This document shows positions 36,321-50,197 of a stretch of DNA of 64,000 nucleotides, in pieces. The notes beneath the pieces were generated by a model that saw only the letters and a program-made list of their open reading frames with translations, was not told the DNA's origin and did no database searches. Position numbers and translations under genes: made by a program. The DNA comes from Lepidodermella squamata (Eukaryota > Animalia > Gastrotricha). Positions within the stretch are counted from its first letter, which is position 1, and every line of letters starts with the position of its first letter. The stretch is from assembly GCA_047495785.1 (NCBI GenBank), contig JBLDXI010000059.1:124001-188000 (forward strand), given 5' to 3'.

Positions 36321-37490
36321 GTCCAATTGAGACAAAGCAAAACCAAAAATTCTAATCACTAATCACATGCAGACAAATTAATTAGTAAATAATAAAAATT
36401 TTAAGAAAAAATATGTAAAACTCATTTTTGTTATCGATAATTAACAAAACTTTATTTTTTATGTTTTCCAAGGCTGAATGGCTAAGAAGAATAAATCTTA
36501 GCTTTTGCCGAGTGCCCTGTCCCTGTAGCCCTTCTGTCCTGCCACTGAGGAACGAGGATCGTCTGTCTTTTGGGGATTAGGGACTATTTCATATTTGATC
36601 GTCTTCATCTTCACCGGTTGTAGTTGATTCATTTTTAGAAGCGAAAGTTTGCTTGTACCGGTAATGAACCTTTTCGCGACTGGCTGGCCGCTGTGATCGG
36701 ATTTCTATCATATCTGAAAATGCTTTCACTTTTTCGTCGTCTGACGTCTGACTTCGTTCAAAAATACTTAGACGTGGTGAAAGGATAGGGCTTCAACTTT
36801 CCTGGCAATATTCGCGAGACAACCTCGGGAAATGGTAGGGTTAACCGTGAAAGCTGAAAGTATTTCTCAAGTTTTTTGGATAAGTGTTTCAGGTGCAAAA
36901 TATTTATTACCGTAATCCGTAATTGTTGCTCGTTACTCCGGAGTGGTTTCCTCGCAGATCTGTCCCACTGTTGAGGTACTTATCAGATGTTAATGTCGAA
37001 TGTTTATTTAGTTTAGTTGCCGCGATTTTTCTAATCGCTAAACCGGGATAGATTAAAATCTAATTGATAATGATGATTATGGGAAACCCCGCGGTATTCA
37101 ATTTTCCGTTTGCCCAGCTCTGATTTTTTATGCCAGTGCCAGTCGTGATTTGAGACGCACGCCAAGAAACGGTACTATTTTTTCAAGCTGCCAACTGAAG
37201 GGGAGTGTGTGCAATATTGCCAGTGTTCAACCATATCCTATATCGCTCTTCAATTGAAACTTGGATTCTATTTTGGTAGCTATTCTTGGCGTTCTTGTCA
37301 TGTTTCGGATCGCAAGATGCCTCTTTCCGCGCATCTCATCTTTGCTCACTCTGACTGATAACAGCTGCTAAGTTGTTTAGAACATAGACTTTTTTCCCCT
37401 ATTGTTTCTACTTGGCTTGCGTTCATTTCAGTGTTGATATATGTTAATTTTTATTTTCACTTGAATCTCTCTGGAGGTCGCCGTTTATTG

Positions 37491-39221
37491 ATGAATGTTG
37501 AATTGAATTCGGCTAAGGAAGTCTTCATTGTTGACTTCCCGGGGGTAGTAAAGAATGAAACCAAGGCTATGCAAATGATCGGAGGAGAATCGCTTATTAC
37601 CGATTGTATGAAGAAAAACTTTACCCCGGAGCTGCATTGGCGTCGAGACGACGAGTTTAGTAAACCGATTATTGGGGAGAAAGCCTTTACAAGAAGAAAG
37701 GTTGTTGTTAAAGTATCCAAGTCACCAGAAGGATCGCTCTCAGTGTCTCTCGTCGGCGTTGTACGCTTCGAGATAAAGTTTAATAGTCTCGCCTCTTGCC
37801 AATTTTTGCCAGTCGAAAAGAAGAATGACACATATACTTCGATTCAACAATCTCTTTTGCCTCTCAATCTCAACAATTATGGATACGTTTCTGCTCCAGA
37901 GACACCTCTTTTCGTCGTCCCGCCATTGTTTTTACGCAGTAATCGGCAGCCTTATACGTTTTTTCGCTGTAAAACATTGGCTGAAGTTTTGTCTATTGAA
38001 TGCGAAGATTCGGAAAAGTTTGACGACGTTCGTGGGGATCGATCTGTTAACTGGTACACAGTTAAATTTGGTGATTCCGTACCAACTGCTGAACAACACG
38101 CCCAGGAAATCTCAAATGCACTAGCGATAGACTTTCCGGAAATTTATGAATTTTTACGAGCTCTCTTTGCGGAGCGTCCTATTTGGTCAACTACCGCTGT
38201 CCGATGGCGCTTCACGTCGTCATTCAAGGGCGTGATCAACTCATCTAGAATGCTCTCTTTTCTTGGCCAAGTTGCCTTTTACATTGAAAACGGGCCTTGG
38301 CAACGCTTATGGTGTCGAATCGGATATGATCCTGTCTTACACCCTTCTGAATCAAAGATATTCCAAGTTGTGGATTTCCGCTTATCCCGCGCGATTCTGA
38401 AAGCACAAGCTTTTTCAGATGCGATTCCTACGACACTTGCGAAAGCTCGAGGGTCGCACTGTTTTTCCGATGTTTCATCTGTGGAAAAGTTTCCAAACGC
38501 CCCGCATGTTTTCAGGGCGGGAGTTGTTCCAGTTCTTGCGTGCACCTACTTCCAAGTTTGCGATATCGAATTAGAAGATGTTCAAAAACTCATTCACGCG
38601 AACGATGGCCAAGAGCCTACTGAATGTCATCGCACGGACGGATTTTTGATCAAAGATTATGGGAACATTTTCCGCCGACTTATGATCGCATCGCTACTTC
38701 CAGCTGATAAAAAAGAAACCTTCATTACTCGCGACATGCTCTCAGAGAAAAAGAAAAAACGTCACCGTCATCGCCCCAACCCAAAAAAGCTCAAACCTGA
38801 CACTGGGGGCGACACGGTAAAAAATTACATCTCAAGTGTTGGTGCCGTTTTGGGATTTCACCGGCGGGAAAGTGAATCGTCTTCGGCGTCTGACGAAGAA
38901 GAGGAACACGAGCCAGATTATGTCGCCGAGGAAACTAGCGGAGAGGATTCGAGTTTTGACGAACCTGAAGACTCAGAGATGGAAGAAGGCTTGGAAGAAG
39001 AGCAATTCATGGCCGATGCTTTCTCTAACCGGCCAGATATCATCGAACAAGTGCAGCAACAATCTTTATCGGGGTATTCGAATGAAGCCAGGCCGTCTTC
39101 TACTAACACAGCCCTCAGTCGACCAGGTTCTGTTGATCTTCGTCGTTTGTGGCAGGATACCTCGAACATCGCGTATGAATCTGGGGATGGCGAGTCCACC
39201 CTGGAATTTCCTCAGCTTTGA
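37491..39221 (+). CDS. GTF3C5: General transcription factor IIIC subunit 5 (Tau95/TFIIIC63), apparently intronless CDS
   Basis: VDFPGVVKNETKAMQMIGG, LFAERPIWS, AFYIENGPWQRLWCRIGYDP, IFQVVDFR, YFQVCDI and an acidic tail. Confidence 0.92.
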   Translation: MNVELNSAKEVFIVDFPGVVKNETKAMQMIGGESLITDCMKKNFTPELHWRRDDEFSKPIIGEKAFTRRKVVVKVSKSPEGSLSVSLVGVVRFEIKFNSLASCQFLPVEKKNDTYTSIQQSLLPLNLNNYGYVSAPETPLFVVPPLFLRSNRQPYTFFRCKTLAEVLSIECEDSEKFDDVRGDRSVNWYTVKFGDSVPTAEQHAQEISNALAIDFPEIYEFLRALFAERPIWSTTAVRWRFTSSFKGVINSSRMLSFLGQVAFYIENGPWQRLWCRIGYDPVLHPSESKIFQVVDFRLSRAILKAQAFSDAIPTTLAKARGSHCFSDVSSVEKFPNAPHVFRAGVVPVLACTYFQVCDIELEDVQKLIHANDGQEPTECHRTDGFLIKDYGNIFRRLMIASLLPADKKETFITRDMLSEKKKKRHRHRPNPKKLKPDTGGDTVKNYISSVGAVLGFHRRESESSSASDEEEEHEPDYVAEETSGEDSSFDEPEDSEMEEGLEEEQFMADAFSNRPDIIEQVQQQSLSGYSNEARPSSTNTALSRPGSVDLRRLWQDTSNIAYESGDGESTLEFPQL

Positions 39222-39298
39222 TCAAACATTTCTACAGCGTCCAAATAAAGTTTTAATCTTTCTACTTTATCATAATTATAGGGGAAACTTAATTTAAA

Positions 39299-40143
39299 AT
39301 GTCTGGAGATCGTATTGACGTTTTCCCTTCTCGAATGTAAGTTTCTTACGAATTTGCCTGTCGCATGATTCAACCATTGACCAATTAAATATAGGGCGCT
39401 AACCATCATGAAGGGGAAGCTAAAAGGTGCGCAGAAAGGTCACAGTCTGCTAAAAAAGAAGGCCGATGCGCTGACTCTCCGTTTCCGAGCTGTCCATAAG
39501 AAAATTGTTGACACCAAGTACGAAATGGGCGAAGTACTCAAGAAAGCCAATTTGTCGATGGCTGAGGCGAAATTCGCCATGGGGGATTTCTCGCAGCTTG
39601 TGGTGCAAAATGTGAGTCGCGCCCAAGTCAAAATCCGCTCGCGCCGAGACAACGTCGCCGGTGTTCTCCTGCCAGTATTTGAGCAATTTACCGATGGTGC
39701 TGATGCGCACGATCTGCTCGGTCTATCACGAGGCGGTCAGCAGATCGATAAGCTGAAGAAAAGTTACCTGCGAGCCGTCGAGCTGCTAACCCAGCTTGCG
39801 ACCCTGCAAACATCATTCGTAATTTTGGATGAGGTTATCAAAATCACGAATCGACGTGTCAATGCTATTGAACATGTAATTATTCCACGTATCGAAAGAA
39901 CGATTTCTTATATTACCACCGAGCTCGACGAACGTGAGCGTGAGGAGTTCTACCGGTAAATTACGAATAGGTTGGAAATGATATTATGGTAAATTTGTGG
40001 TTATTCCTAGGCTGAAGAAATTCCAGCAGAAGAAGAAAAAGATCAAGGAGCTGCGCGAGGCCGAAATGAAAGCCAGGGGCGTCACGTCCTTCGAAGCGCC
40101 AAATATAATCGAGAATGAAGATCAAGACTTACTGTTTCAGTAG
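39299..40143 (+). CDS. ATP6V1D: V-type proton ATPase subunit D, 3 exons
   Basis: [13 protein letters not shown]|[55 protein letters not shown]|LKKFQ, DQDLLFQ*. Confidence 0.97.
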
Positions 40144-40648
40144 CTTGTTTTCTATTCATCCATTTTGATGATTGGCGGCATCGATTCTTCAGTCGCAATT
40201 ATCTGTTTCTTATCTAGAATGAGTCATAGTGGGTTTCTGTGGTATCTGTGCTACCATATTGTCGCGCGCTTGTTTGCTTTCGTATCTTTCGATTACTCTC
40301 GTTGTGTAATAAATTTTCTTAATTTTAAAACATCAATGCTATGTTATGTCTGGTGAGATCAAATGAGATGATATTTGGGCAATGCGCATCATCAAGATTT
40401 CAAGTTTTAAAATGACACGTAAATTGAATGATTATCAAATTTCATGCACATATATTTTCGCCTTCGAAGATTAGAAAGAAACCTTTGTGATTGTCCTAAA
40501 TCTTCGATAATATAATGTATTCCACGTTCCTTTTGAATCTTTCTGCTTCGAAGAAATAAATAGCTAGATGTCAATTAAACTCAATTGCTCATGTTTCCTT
40601 ATTTTAGATATAGTTTTATATTAAAGTTATATAATTATTGTTGCCGTC

Positions 40649-42888
<2,240 letters not shown>

Positions 42889-43106
42889 GTTACTTCTAGT
42901 TTTACCAATATATTACTCGAATGCCGATGTTAATGACCCTCGGTTGATTGCCCTCGCCCAAATATTTTGACGACGGTGGTGCGAAGCACTGTGGTTGTAT
43001 TTAGCATTGCCATTATTAAAATCATCTAATTGAGAGTCGCAATTTGTCTCTGAAATTATCTGATAGATTATACGTGTTCAATTTTTTTAGGTATATTAAG
43101 TTGAAA

Positions 43107-45234
43107 ATGTCCGACCAAGCCGGAGCCCAGGCGCCAGCGGCCGAGGGCGGCGAACAACAGCAACAGGCTTTTTCGACCTGGGGCGTTGTCAAGACGCTGC
43201 TTTTCCGCATGGCTTTCATCTACTTCATCGCCAACATTTTCCAGTCATTCCGCGGCCCGCCCGCCGGCGTCCAAGGACCAGCAGGCCAGCCGCAAGTCCA
43301 GCTGCCTGTCGGCAATTTAGTACCACGCGGCGCCCCGCTCGACATGTATATCTACATCAGTGAACAGGAAGAACTGCTGAAACCGAAAACGGACGGACTG
43401 CTGTTTTGGCAAGAGAAGGGCATTGGTTACGGCGATTGGAACGCAGGACCTGCTAACGATGGATCACTTTACTACGAAGGCGTGTTACCCCTGACCGAAG
43501 CGGTGCAAAACAACGCGTCGTTGTATCTGCACTGTTATTTCGTCCCAGCCGGTGCTGATTCACCGGACTACCCGACTTCCGTTCATCGCATTCCGAAAAA
43601 CACTTTCCCAACTTTTAGCAAAACGTTCCGCCTTAATGCGTATAAGCGACGATATTTCCATAAAACCGCGAATTTGTTGACTGGCGAGACGAAGGCGCCT
43701 GCTGAACTGGTTCGCCAAGCCGACCACCCGGCGACCTACGAGGTCATCAGCCACTGGCACGAAAATCTGACCATCAACCTTGTCGACGATCATACTGCGT
43801 GGATGAAGGGCCAAATCCCACCTCCACTCGACCAACTCGTCGAATTTGAGCCAACCTCAAACCGTTATTATCCTATAATTTTCTTCAACAATTATTGGAA
43901 TTTGCACGAGGAGTACCAACCCATCAATGACACCGTTAAGGAGGTGAAACTTCGCCTAAGCATGGCTCCTCTTTCCATGTTCCGTCTTCAAATGTACGCC
44001 GGGCAAATGATGCGTAACAAATGGTTTGCTCTACTGGGGCAGGATGAAGTTGAAGAGTCGCCTGAAGAGCAAGATTCCTTGAAACGCGCTATCCTAGAGA
44101 CAAATGTCTATTTGCTGTCTATCACCGTAGTTGTTTCGATTCTTCACTCAGTTTTCGAGTTCCTAGCCTTCAAGAATGACATTCAATTCTGGCGGTCTCG
44201 CAAGACCCTTGAAGGCTTATCTGTTCGCTCTGTGTTTTTCAACAACTTTCAATGTCTCATCGTGCTGCTGTATATCCTGGACAACGATGCTAATATGATG
44301 ATTAGGATCTCTATCTTTGTGTCGCTGCTCATCGAAATGTGGAAAATTACCAAAGTCGTCGATATTACGATTGACTACGAACGCAAATTTCTGCGCATCT
44401 TCCCGCGCGTTGTCATGACCGACAAATCAACATACACCGAGTCTAATACTCGCGAGTACGACAGACTCGCGTTCAAATACCTTTCGTGGGCCCTGTTTCC
44501 GCTGCTGGTCGCCTACGGTATTTACAGCGTCCTCTACCACGAACACAAAGGATGGTACTCATTCGTCCTTTCAATGCTGTACGGATTTTTACTCACTTTT
44601 GGTACGTTTTGGATTTCATTTAATGGAGTTTTTCTGCTGCCAATGAGAGTTCGACCCGTTTTTCTTGCCGATTTGGCTTCGAGCGCGTTTCGTTCTTAGT
44701 TCGAGCGGCTTTTCTTTCTAACGGCCTCGTTAGTGGGTGCAGCTAAATTGATAAGCGTTATAGTCTCATTCAAGAACTGGTTTTCAGTACTTTATCAGAC
44801 TTTCGCTAATATTTTGTTTTTCATTTTTCAGGGTTCATTAGCATGACTCCTCAGTTGTTTATCAATTACAAGATGAAAGTAAGCTATCTTGTTCGATTTT
44901 GATATTTTAATTAAGTTGGATTTTATATCAGTCTGTAGCCCATCTTCCGTGGCGAATGCTCACTTACAAGTTTCTCAACACGTTCATCGATGACCTCTTT
45001 GCTTTCGTTATACGAATGCCAAATCTCTATCGACTCGGCTGTTTGCGCGATGACGTGATCTTCTTGATCTATGTCTACCAGCGCTGGAAGTACCCTGTCG
45101 ACCCGAAGCGTATCAACGAATTCGGCGTCACGGGCGAAGAGCTGGTGAATGGGCCAGAACAGCAGCCTGAAGATAGTGCCGACCAGCCAAAGGCGTTGAC
45201 TGACTCTAAGACTGACTCTAAGAAAAAGAACTAG
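43107..45234 (+). CDS. CLPTM1: Cleft lip and palate transmembrane protein 1 homologue (putative lipid scramblase), 3 exons
   Basis: SHWHENLTINLVDD, YYPIIFFNNYWNL, EEQDSLKRAILETNVYLL, FEFLAFKNDIQFW, FGFISMTPQLFINYKMKSVAHLPWRMLTYKFLNTFIDDLFAF, YPVDPKRINEFG. Confidence 0.95.
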
Positions 45235-45628
45235 TCCTTTCTACAAATTGGCAGTTATCATCTATAATTGAAGACAGTGCATCTCCCCGTGGTTTGTTCA
45301 AACTCTGTGTGCTCTAGTTTACTACTAACTAAATGTTGGTTCTGCGTGTTACATCGCCATCAGATCGGTTTGTTGCTAGTTGAATTCTTTCTATATATAT
45401 GTATACAAATAATTGGCTTGCGTTTAGTTTTGTCGAACGAGTGTATATCTGATATTGATGTACTTATTTTTATCGCCAAAATGATTTAAATATATCCGAC
45501 TCGTATAGTTGATCCGTTGTGTCGCGTCTCTTGTCCTCCATAGTGAGTTTAAACAAATATGCCCGATCAATGGTGCGAATCTGTATTATTGTAAATTCGA
45601 AGTCTTTTATCTCTTTCCGTTGCAAAAA

Positions 45629-48596
45629 ATGAGATGGCGAGTGGAGAAGAAGAAGAAGAGGATGGCGTCTATTTCTGTAGAAACAGACCTGAGCATATAT
45701 CTATATGATGAAACATCACCCATGCTTGATTTTCGCCCGAACTGGTGGTTCTATGAAATTAATATTATAATTAAAAATCCATTTGAACCATTTTAATCTT
45801 TTAATGATTTTTAGGCGGTTTTTACGAGTGAAATTGATGCATTATTGGCAGAAGTGGCGCTACCATCGACTTCAAAAGCGCGCATTTCTTGGTTGCTTCC
45901 TGCTGACTGCTGCCTCTCTCATAGCTTCATTCGCATTTATTCGAATTCCAAACGCATCAAATCGAGCTTCTAGCCAAACTGCGAATGCGACGATACCAGA
46001 TCGATGGGGCGATGGCTTGAATGAACACAAACGCTTATTCTTGTCATCATTCAGCGAAACGGTCGAGTTTTTCAGCAAGGAGTTCAACTTTTCAGAAGAG
46101 GAGACCGTCTTCAGATCTTATACGTAAGTTGTTCTTTACATTACATATTCCTTTTTATATTGGTTTGTTGGATAATAGGCCACCTGTCGATTTTGCTCAC
46201 TGGCCAAGATTGTCAAATGGTGCTATATCAACGTTGCCGTATCATAATGCCGTATTTGCTGCTGGAATTTTTAACGGTGCAAGAATCGCGCAGCTACCAG
46301 CTTTTCTAAACCAGCGGGTATTAGACGCGCTTGTTGATGGAACAACTTTGTCAGTTTCGATGTCATCGGAGTTTTCATTTAACGTGCTATCAGGGATTTT
46401 CATGACCAAAATATCTTCTCCGCTTTTTGAAATCAATCAAATGATTTACGCTCATCAAGAGATTCCGAATTTGCTAGTAATGGATTTGACTATAAAACGA
46501 CCTTCTAATCTAGCCCCGCGAGTTGCCCCGTCGTTAACTCTGCGTCTTCAGCAAACAGACGCTGACTCACCTGATTTCAATAATATACACGTACCCGTTG
46601 CCAAAGGTTTGTCGGCATATGGCGATAGTCGAATTTTCGATTCCGCCAAACACTGGTATGGACAAGCGAAACAACCTGAGTGGGACGACTCAGATTACTT
46701 CGATAAAGGCTTAAAGAGCAAACACATCAAACGCGAGGGGGCGTATATTTCGGTTCATTACGACGAAGTGCCGCGAGTTCTGGAATTGAAGCGAGGCCGA
46801 AGTAAGGAACGCTGGATTTTCATCGCATCATATGCCGAAAATGCTCGTGACTCATTGAAAGCGTATCAAATCGGAAGAGAGCAAGTGATCAGTGATCGAC
46901 TGTTAGATTCTCATGTCAGTGCTTGGCATCAAATATGGAAAAGTGGCCGATTGTCTGTGCGCGGCAATTCCTCCTTAACTGCTGCTGTTTTATCCTCTCA
47001 ATACGCCTTATTCTCGGAAATTCCGATGTCTGAAAAACGAGGCGCCAGGTTTCCCGGCCTCAGTTTATGCGGGCTTGCACCCATGAACATGTCGGAATGT
47101 GATTACGGGCTCGTATCAAATGTGCAAGAATACGCTGTTGTCCCTACTCTCGCTGCAATTCAGCCACTTTTGGCGAAAAAGCTCGTTTTTAATCGGGTGT
47201 CCCGGCTTTCGACGGCCATTTCCAACTCGGCAAGAATTCACTCGAAGTTAGGAGCGGCTTTTCCATGGCTAACTGCAACTTCTGGCCTTGAATTGCACGA
47301 GAACAAACATTTAGCAAGGTATAACAAGGCTTCATCCGGTCTGGTTGCTGCCGCTATTCAGCTTGTCTTGCAGTATATGCCGAAAACAGACTCGTTATTT
47401 CGCAACGCTGTTGTCGACTCGGCAATAGCAATCGCCGAATTCTACTCGAATCACATCCACCCGCGTCAATTATCTCGACCAGGTTCAACTGGGCCGGGAA
47501 GTGAGATGACTCGCTACAATATACCCCGAGTCATTGGTCCATATGATCAAAGTTTTGTGGTCAACAATTCCCTGCCCGTTAACCTGTTGGCTAAGCTGAG
47601 TTTCCAGCTAGCTAGTAGGCTTATGCCTAAACACTCGGACGTTTCTAATTGGCTAGACATGAGCAACAAAATTCACATTCCGGTTGCAAAGTAAACTACA
47701 GTTTTGAGAAAAATTCATTCGTAAACTTTTGTTTTACTTTATATTATAGGAGTTGGTGGGATGTTTGGAAAGTTCACGACGGGTTCGCTTATTCGACCGA
47801 TGTCCGGCTCTCTGATTTTGTGTTCTTGCGCTCTGAATTCGTCTCGGACGGTTTGGAGACGAAAATGCTCCGTAAAATGTTGGAGACGTACCTGCCGCTA
47901 TATGGAGAAAACTCGGCGTTTGGATTGAGCTTATTCGCCTCGAGTTATCTGGCTACAAACAATCACGAGGAGGCTTCAGCTATTTTGGAACAAATTTTAC
48001 GGCAATTCACCTCGACTTATTTCAATTCCATGGCTGGCATAGACTCTTCTGTTACATCAACCACTACCACAGAAGCAACTACGAGCCGCGATTTCGTACA
48101 GACAACAACTGAGAAAACTGTCTCTGATTTGAAGAAAAATTCTGCCTACTGGGTGTGGCTATGTGGGCCGACTTCTGTCGCGATGAGTGCTGCAAACTGC
48201 CTTGCAAGTGCATCTGCTCTACCTTATTTATTCTCATACGGCTGGCTGGGCTTCCAGCCTGCGTTCGACTCGGATTTGGATTACCTGAGTGATTTCGCGA
48301 CTGTTGCATCGTTTCAACCGGTTTCACCTCTGCCGGATGGAGTTGACAAAATCGAACTGCTTGACTGGCATCTGCCTGACATTGGAGATGCCGCAGCGCT
48401 TTCTATCTCCTGGAACGGCACTATCGTTGATTTTCGTTTGACGCGCCGATCTGCTGCTAGTCAAGATCGGCGTTGTCGTTTCGCGTGTCGAATCGGTCGC
48501 CGTGTGTTTAAATTCCCGCGAAAATCGGGCGTTCTCAGTATTAAGCCGGCTGCAAATCGACTGGTTCCTATCAAAATTACCTGTGTCAAACAGTAA
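45629..48596 (+). CDS. Type II membrane-anchored, catalytically degenerate glycoside hydrolase family 65 protein (PGGHG/ATHL1-like), 4 exons
   Basis: Hydrophobic anchor AFLGCFLLTAASLIASFAFI, then PGGHG-like motifs PRLSNGAI..VFAAGIFNG, QMIYAHQ, HVSAWHQIW, SSQYALFSEIP, GLSLCGL, GAAFPWLTATSGLE, AIAEFYSNHI, YNIPRVIGP..VNNS. Start codon uncertain (45629 or 45722). Confidence 0.75.
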
Positions 48597-48839
48597 CCGT
48601 TTTCTACTTTTCTACTTTCATTTATACATTTATACACTCCTATTGGGATCTTTTATTACTGCTCATGACAAGCAAGAAAATTGCTCAACGATTCTCATTT
48701 TTACGACTGCTTATTATTTATTTATTGTGGGTATTTTCTGCTTATTACGCGCGAAGTGACGACAATAAAAAAGACATTGCCTTCTTGTTGACTTGTTGTG
48801 TGTTTATTTAGGCAGAGAATTAATGAATTGAGAGATAAT

Positions 48840-50021
48840 ATGCCGAAACCAGCCCCTCCAGCCCTCTCGTTTCGGGCCAAGGTTATGAGCTATGTCAGGC
48901 CTCTTTTGACGTTTTCCAGCCTGGGCATCTTCTTTTTTGTCGCAATTCTCACGGCTTCTCTCTTCGCCTATATCGCATTTTATCAAGCAGTCGTTCCAGA
49001 TATTGAATTCAAATTTCCGATCAATTTTCGCTACAGGCAAGCTTTTCTGCCTCGATTTTTAGCAGATTTATAATTATTGTTTCTCAAGCAGTACGGATTG
49101 CTATCTAGCATCAGAATCTCATTCCGAAACGCGTCATTGCAGTTTTCCTCTCGGAAATGTGAGTCTCTTTCGAGCAAGTGGCGTTCAATTGTTAGCCCCT
49201 GGGCAAGAATACGTGTTTTCGATAAAATTGGAAGTTCCAGAGTCTGAAATCAATTATCAAATCGGCAATTTTCTGGTCAGCGTAGATGTTTTCGGCGCAG
49301 GCAATCAAAAACAGTTCGGCGAAAGCGAGAATGTCCTACTTGCCTATCGATCGATGCTTTTCACAATAATGCGAACTTGCCTTCTCTTTCCATTCCTCAT
49401 GCTCGGCTACGTCGATCAGCGGCAAACTTTACCTATTGTTTTCGAGAAAACATTCACTGAGAGCCTTGTAAGTATTTTATGGTAGCGTGTTTTTGAGTTG
49501 GGTCATTTTTTCCCTGCTAGTTTGCTCCATCGCATTACCTGCTAGTCACTTTGCATTCGCGGTATCTGCAATTTTACTCGGCTAATTTGAAAATTACTGC
49601 CCAGCTCCGGGGTATCAAATACGCTCTTTTCGCATACCCGTTCTTGTCGGGCGGTATCATTGTTGCCGCTCTTATGGGTCTATTCGGCATGATTGTTCTG
49701 GTTTCGATGGCGCAACGCCTCTACTCGTCAATGTCAGTGCCCCCACCGGCGAATAGCACTACGGGCCATGGCACGTCCGATTTTTCGTCAACAGCGTCGT
49801 CCTCGCCGCGTTCGACCTCACCCGCGCCGTCCTACTCGCCATCGCGCCGTTTTGCGGGTAGCATCTCTGAAGCGACGTCATCAACCGAAGGCGCAACCAG
49901 GCCGGAAAACACGCCTCTCCGCTTCCGGCCGGCGAGGACTTCGAAGGTAGCCGACGATTGGTCAGTTTCGACCTCAGACGTTGGCTCTTCCAGTCCGACT
50001 AGATTGGCAGCTGAAACTTAG
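48840..50021 (+). CDS. BSCL2: Seipin, 3 exons (first intron is GC-AG)
   Basis: TM1 ending YIAFYQAVVP, FRYSTDC..CSFPLGNVSL, LAPGQEY..LEVPESEINYQIGNF, LAYRS, LQFYSANLKITAQLRGIKY, then TM2. Confidence 0.93.
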
Positions 50022-50197
50022 AGATTCAACATTGGCTAAAAAACTGAGTCTTTCGAATAATGAGTGTACCTGTAATTGAAAAAATGTTGAAAGTGCTTGT
50101 CTATATTTTGCTATACATCTGCTTTGTGCACTAATAATAAATACCCTAATTTCTTAATGATTCGAATGCTCGATAGAACAATTTTCCCGTGAAATTT

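Larger units (their letters stand above)
32969..36359 (-). mobile_element. Non-LTR retrotransposon of the CR1/L2 group with an intact ORF; 5' boundary uncertain
   Basis: One long intronless ORF encoding PHD + APE + RT, a structured 3' UTR and a tandem-repeat tail instead of poly(A). No RNase H motifs recognised. Confidence 0.92.

Noticed and set aside
36480-36600. HDV-like ribozyme at the LINE 5' end (GTCCCT..AGGGAC pairing and a TCCTCGT loop-like motif)
   Set aside because: The helices cannot be ordered into the P1-P2-P3-L3-P1.1-P4 nested pseudoknot. An RNArobo or Infernal scan would settle it.
44790-44810. GAAAGTCTGA resembling the RNase P CR-I motif
   Set aside because: No complementary CR-V partner at a suitable distance on the same strand.
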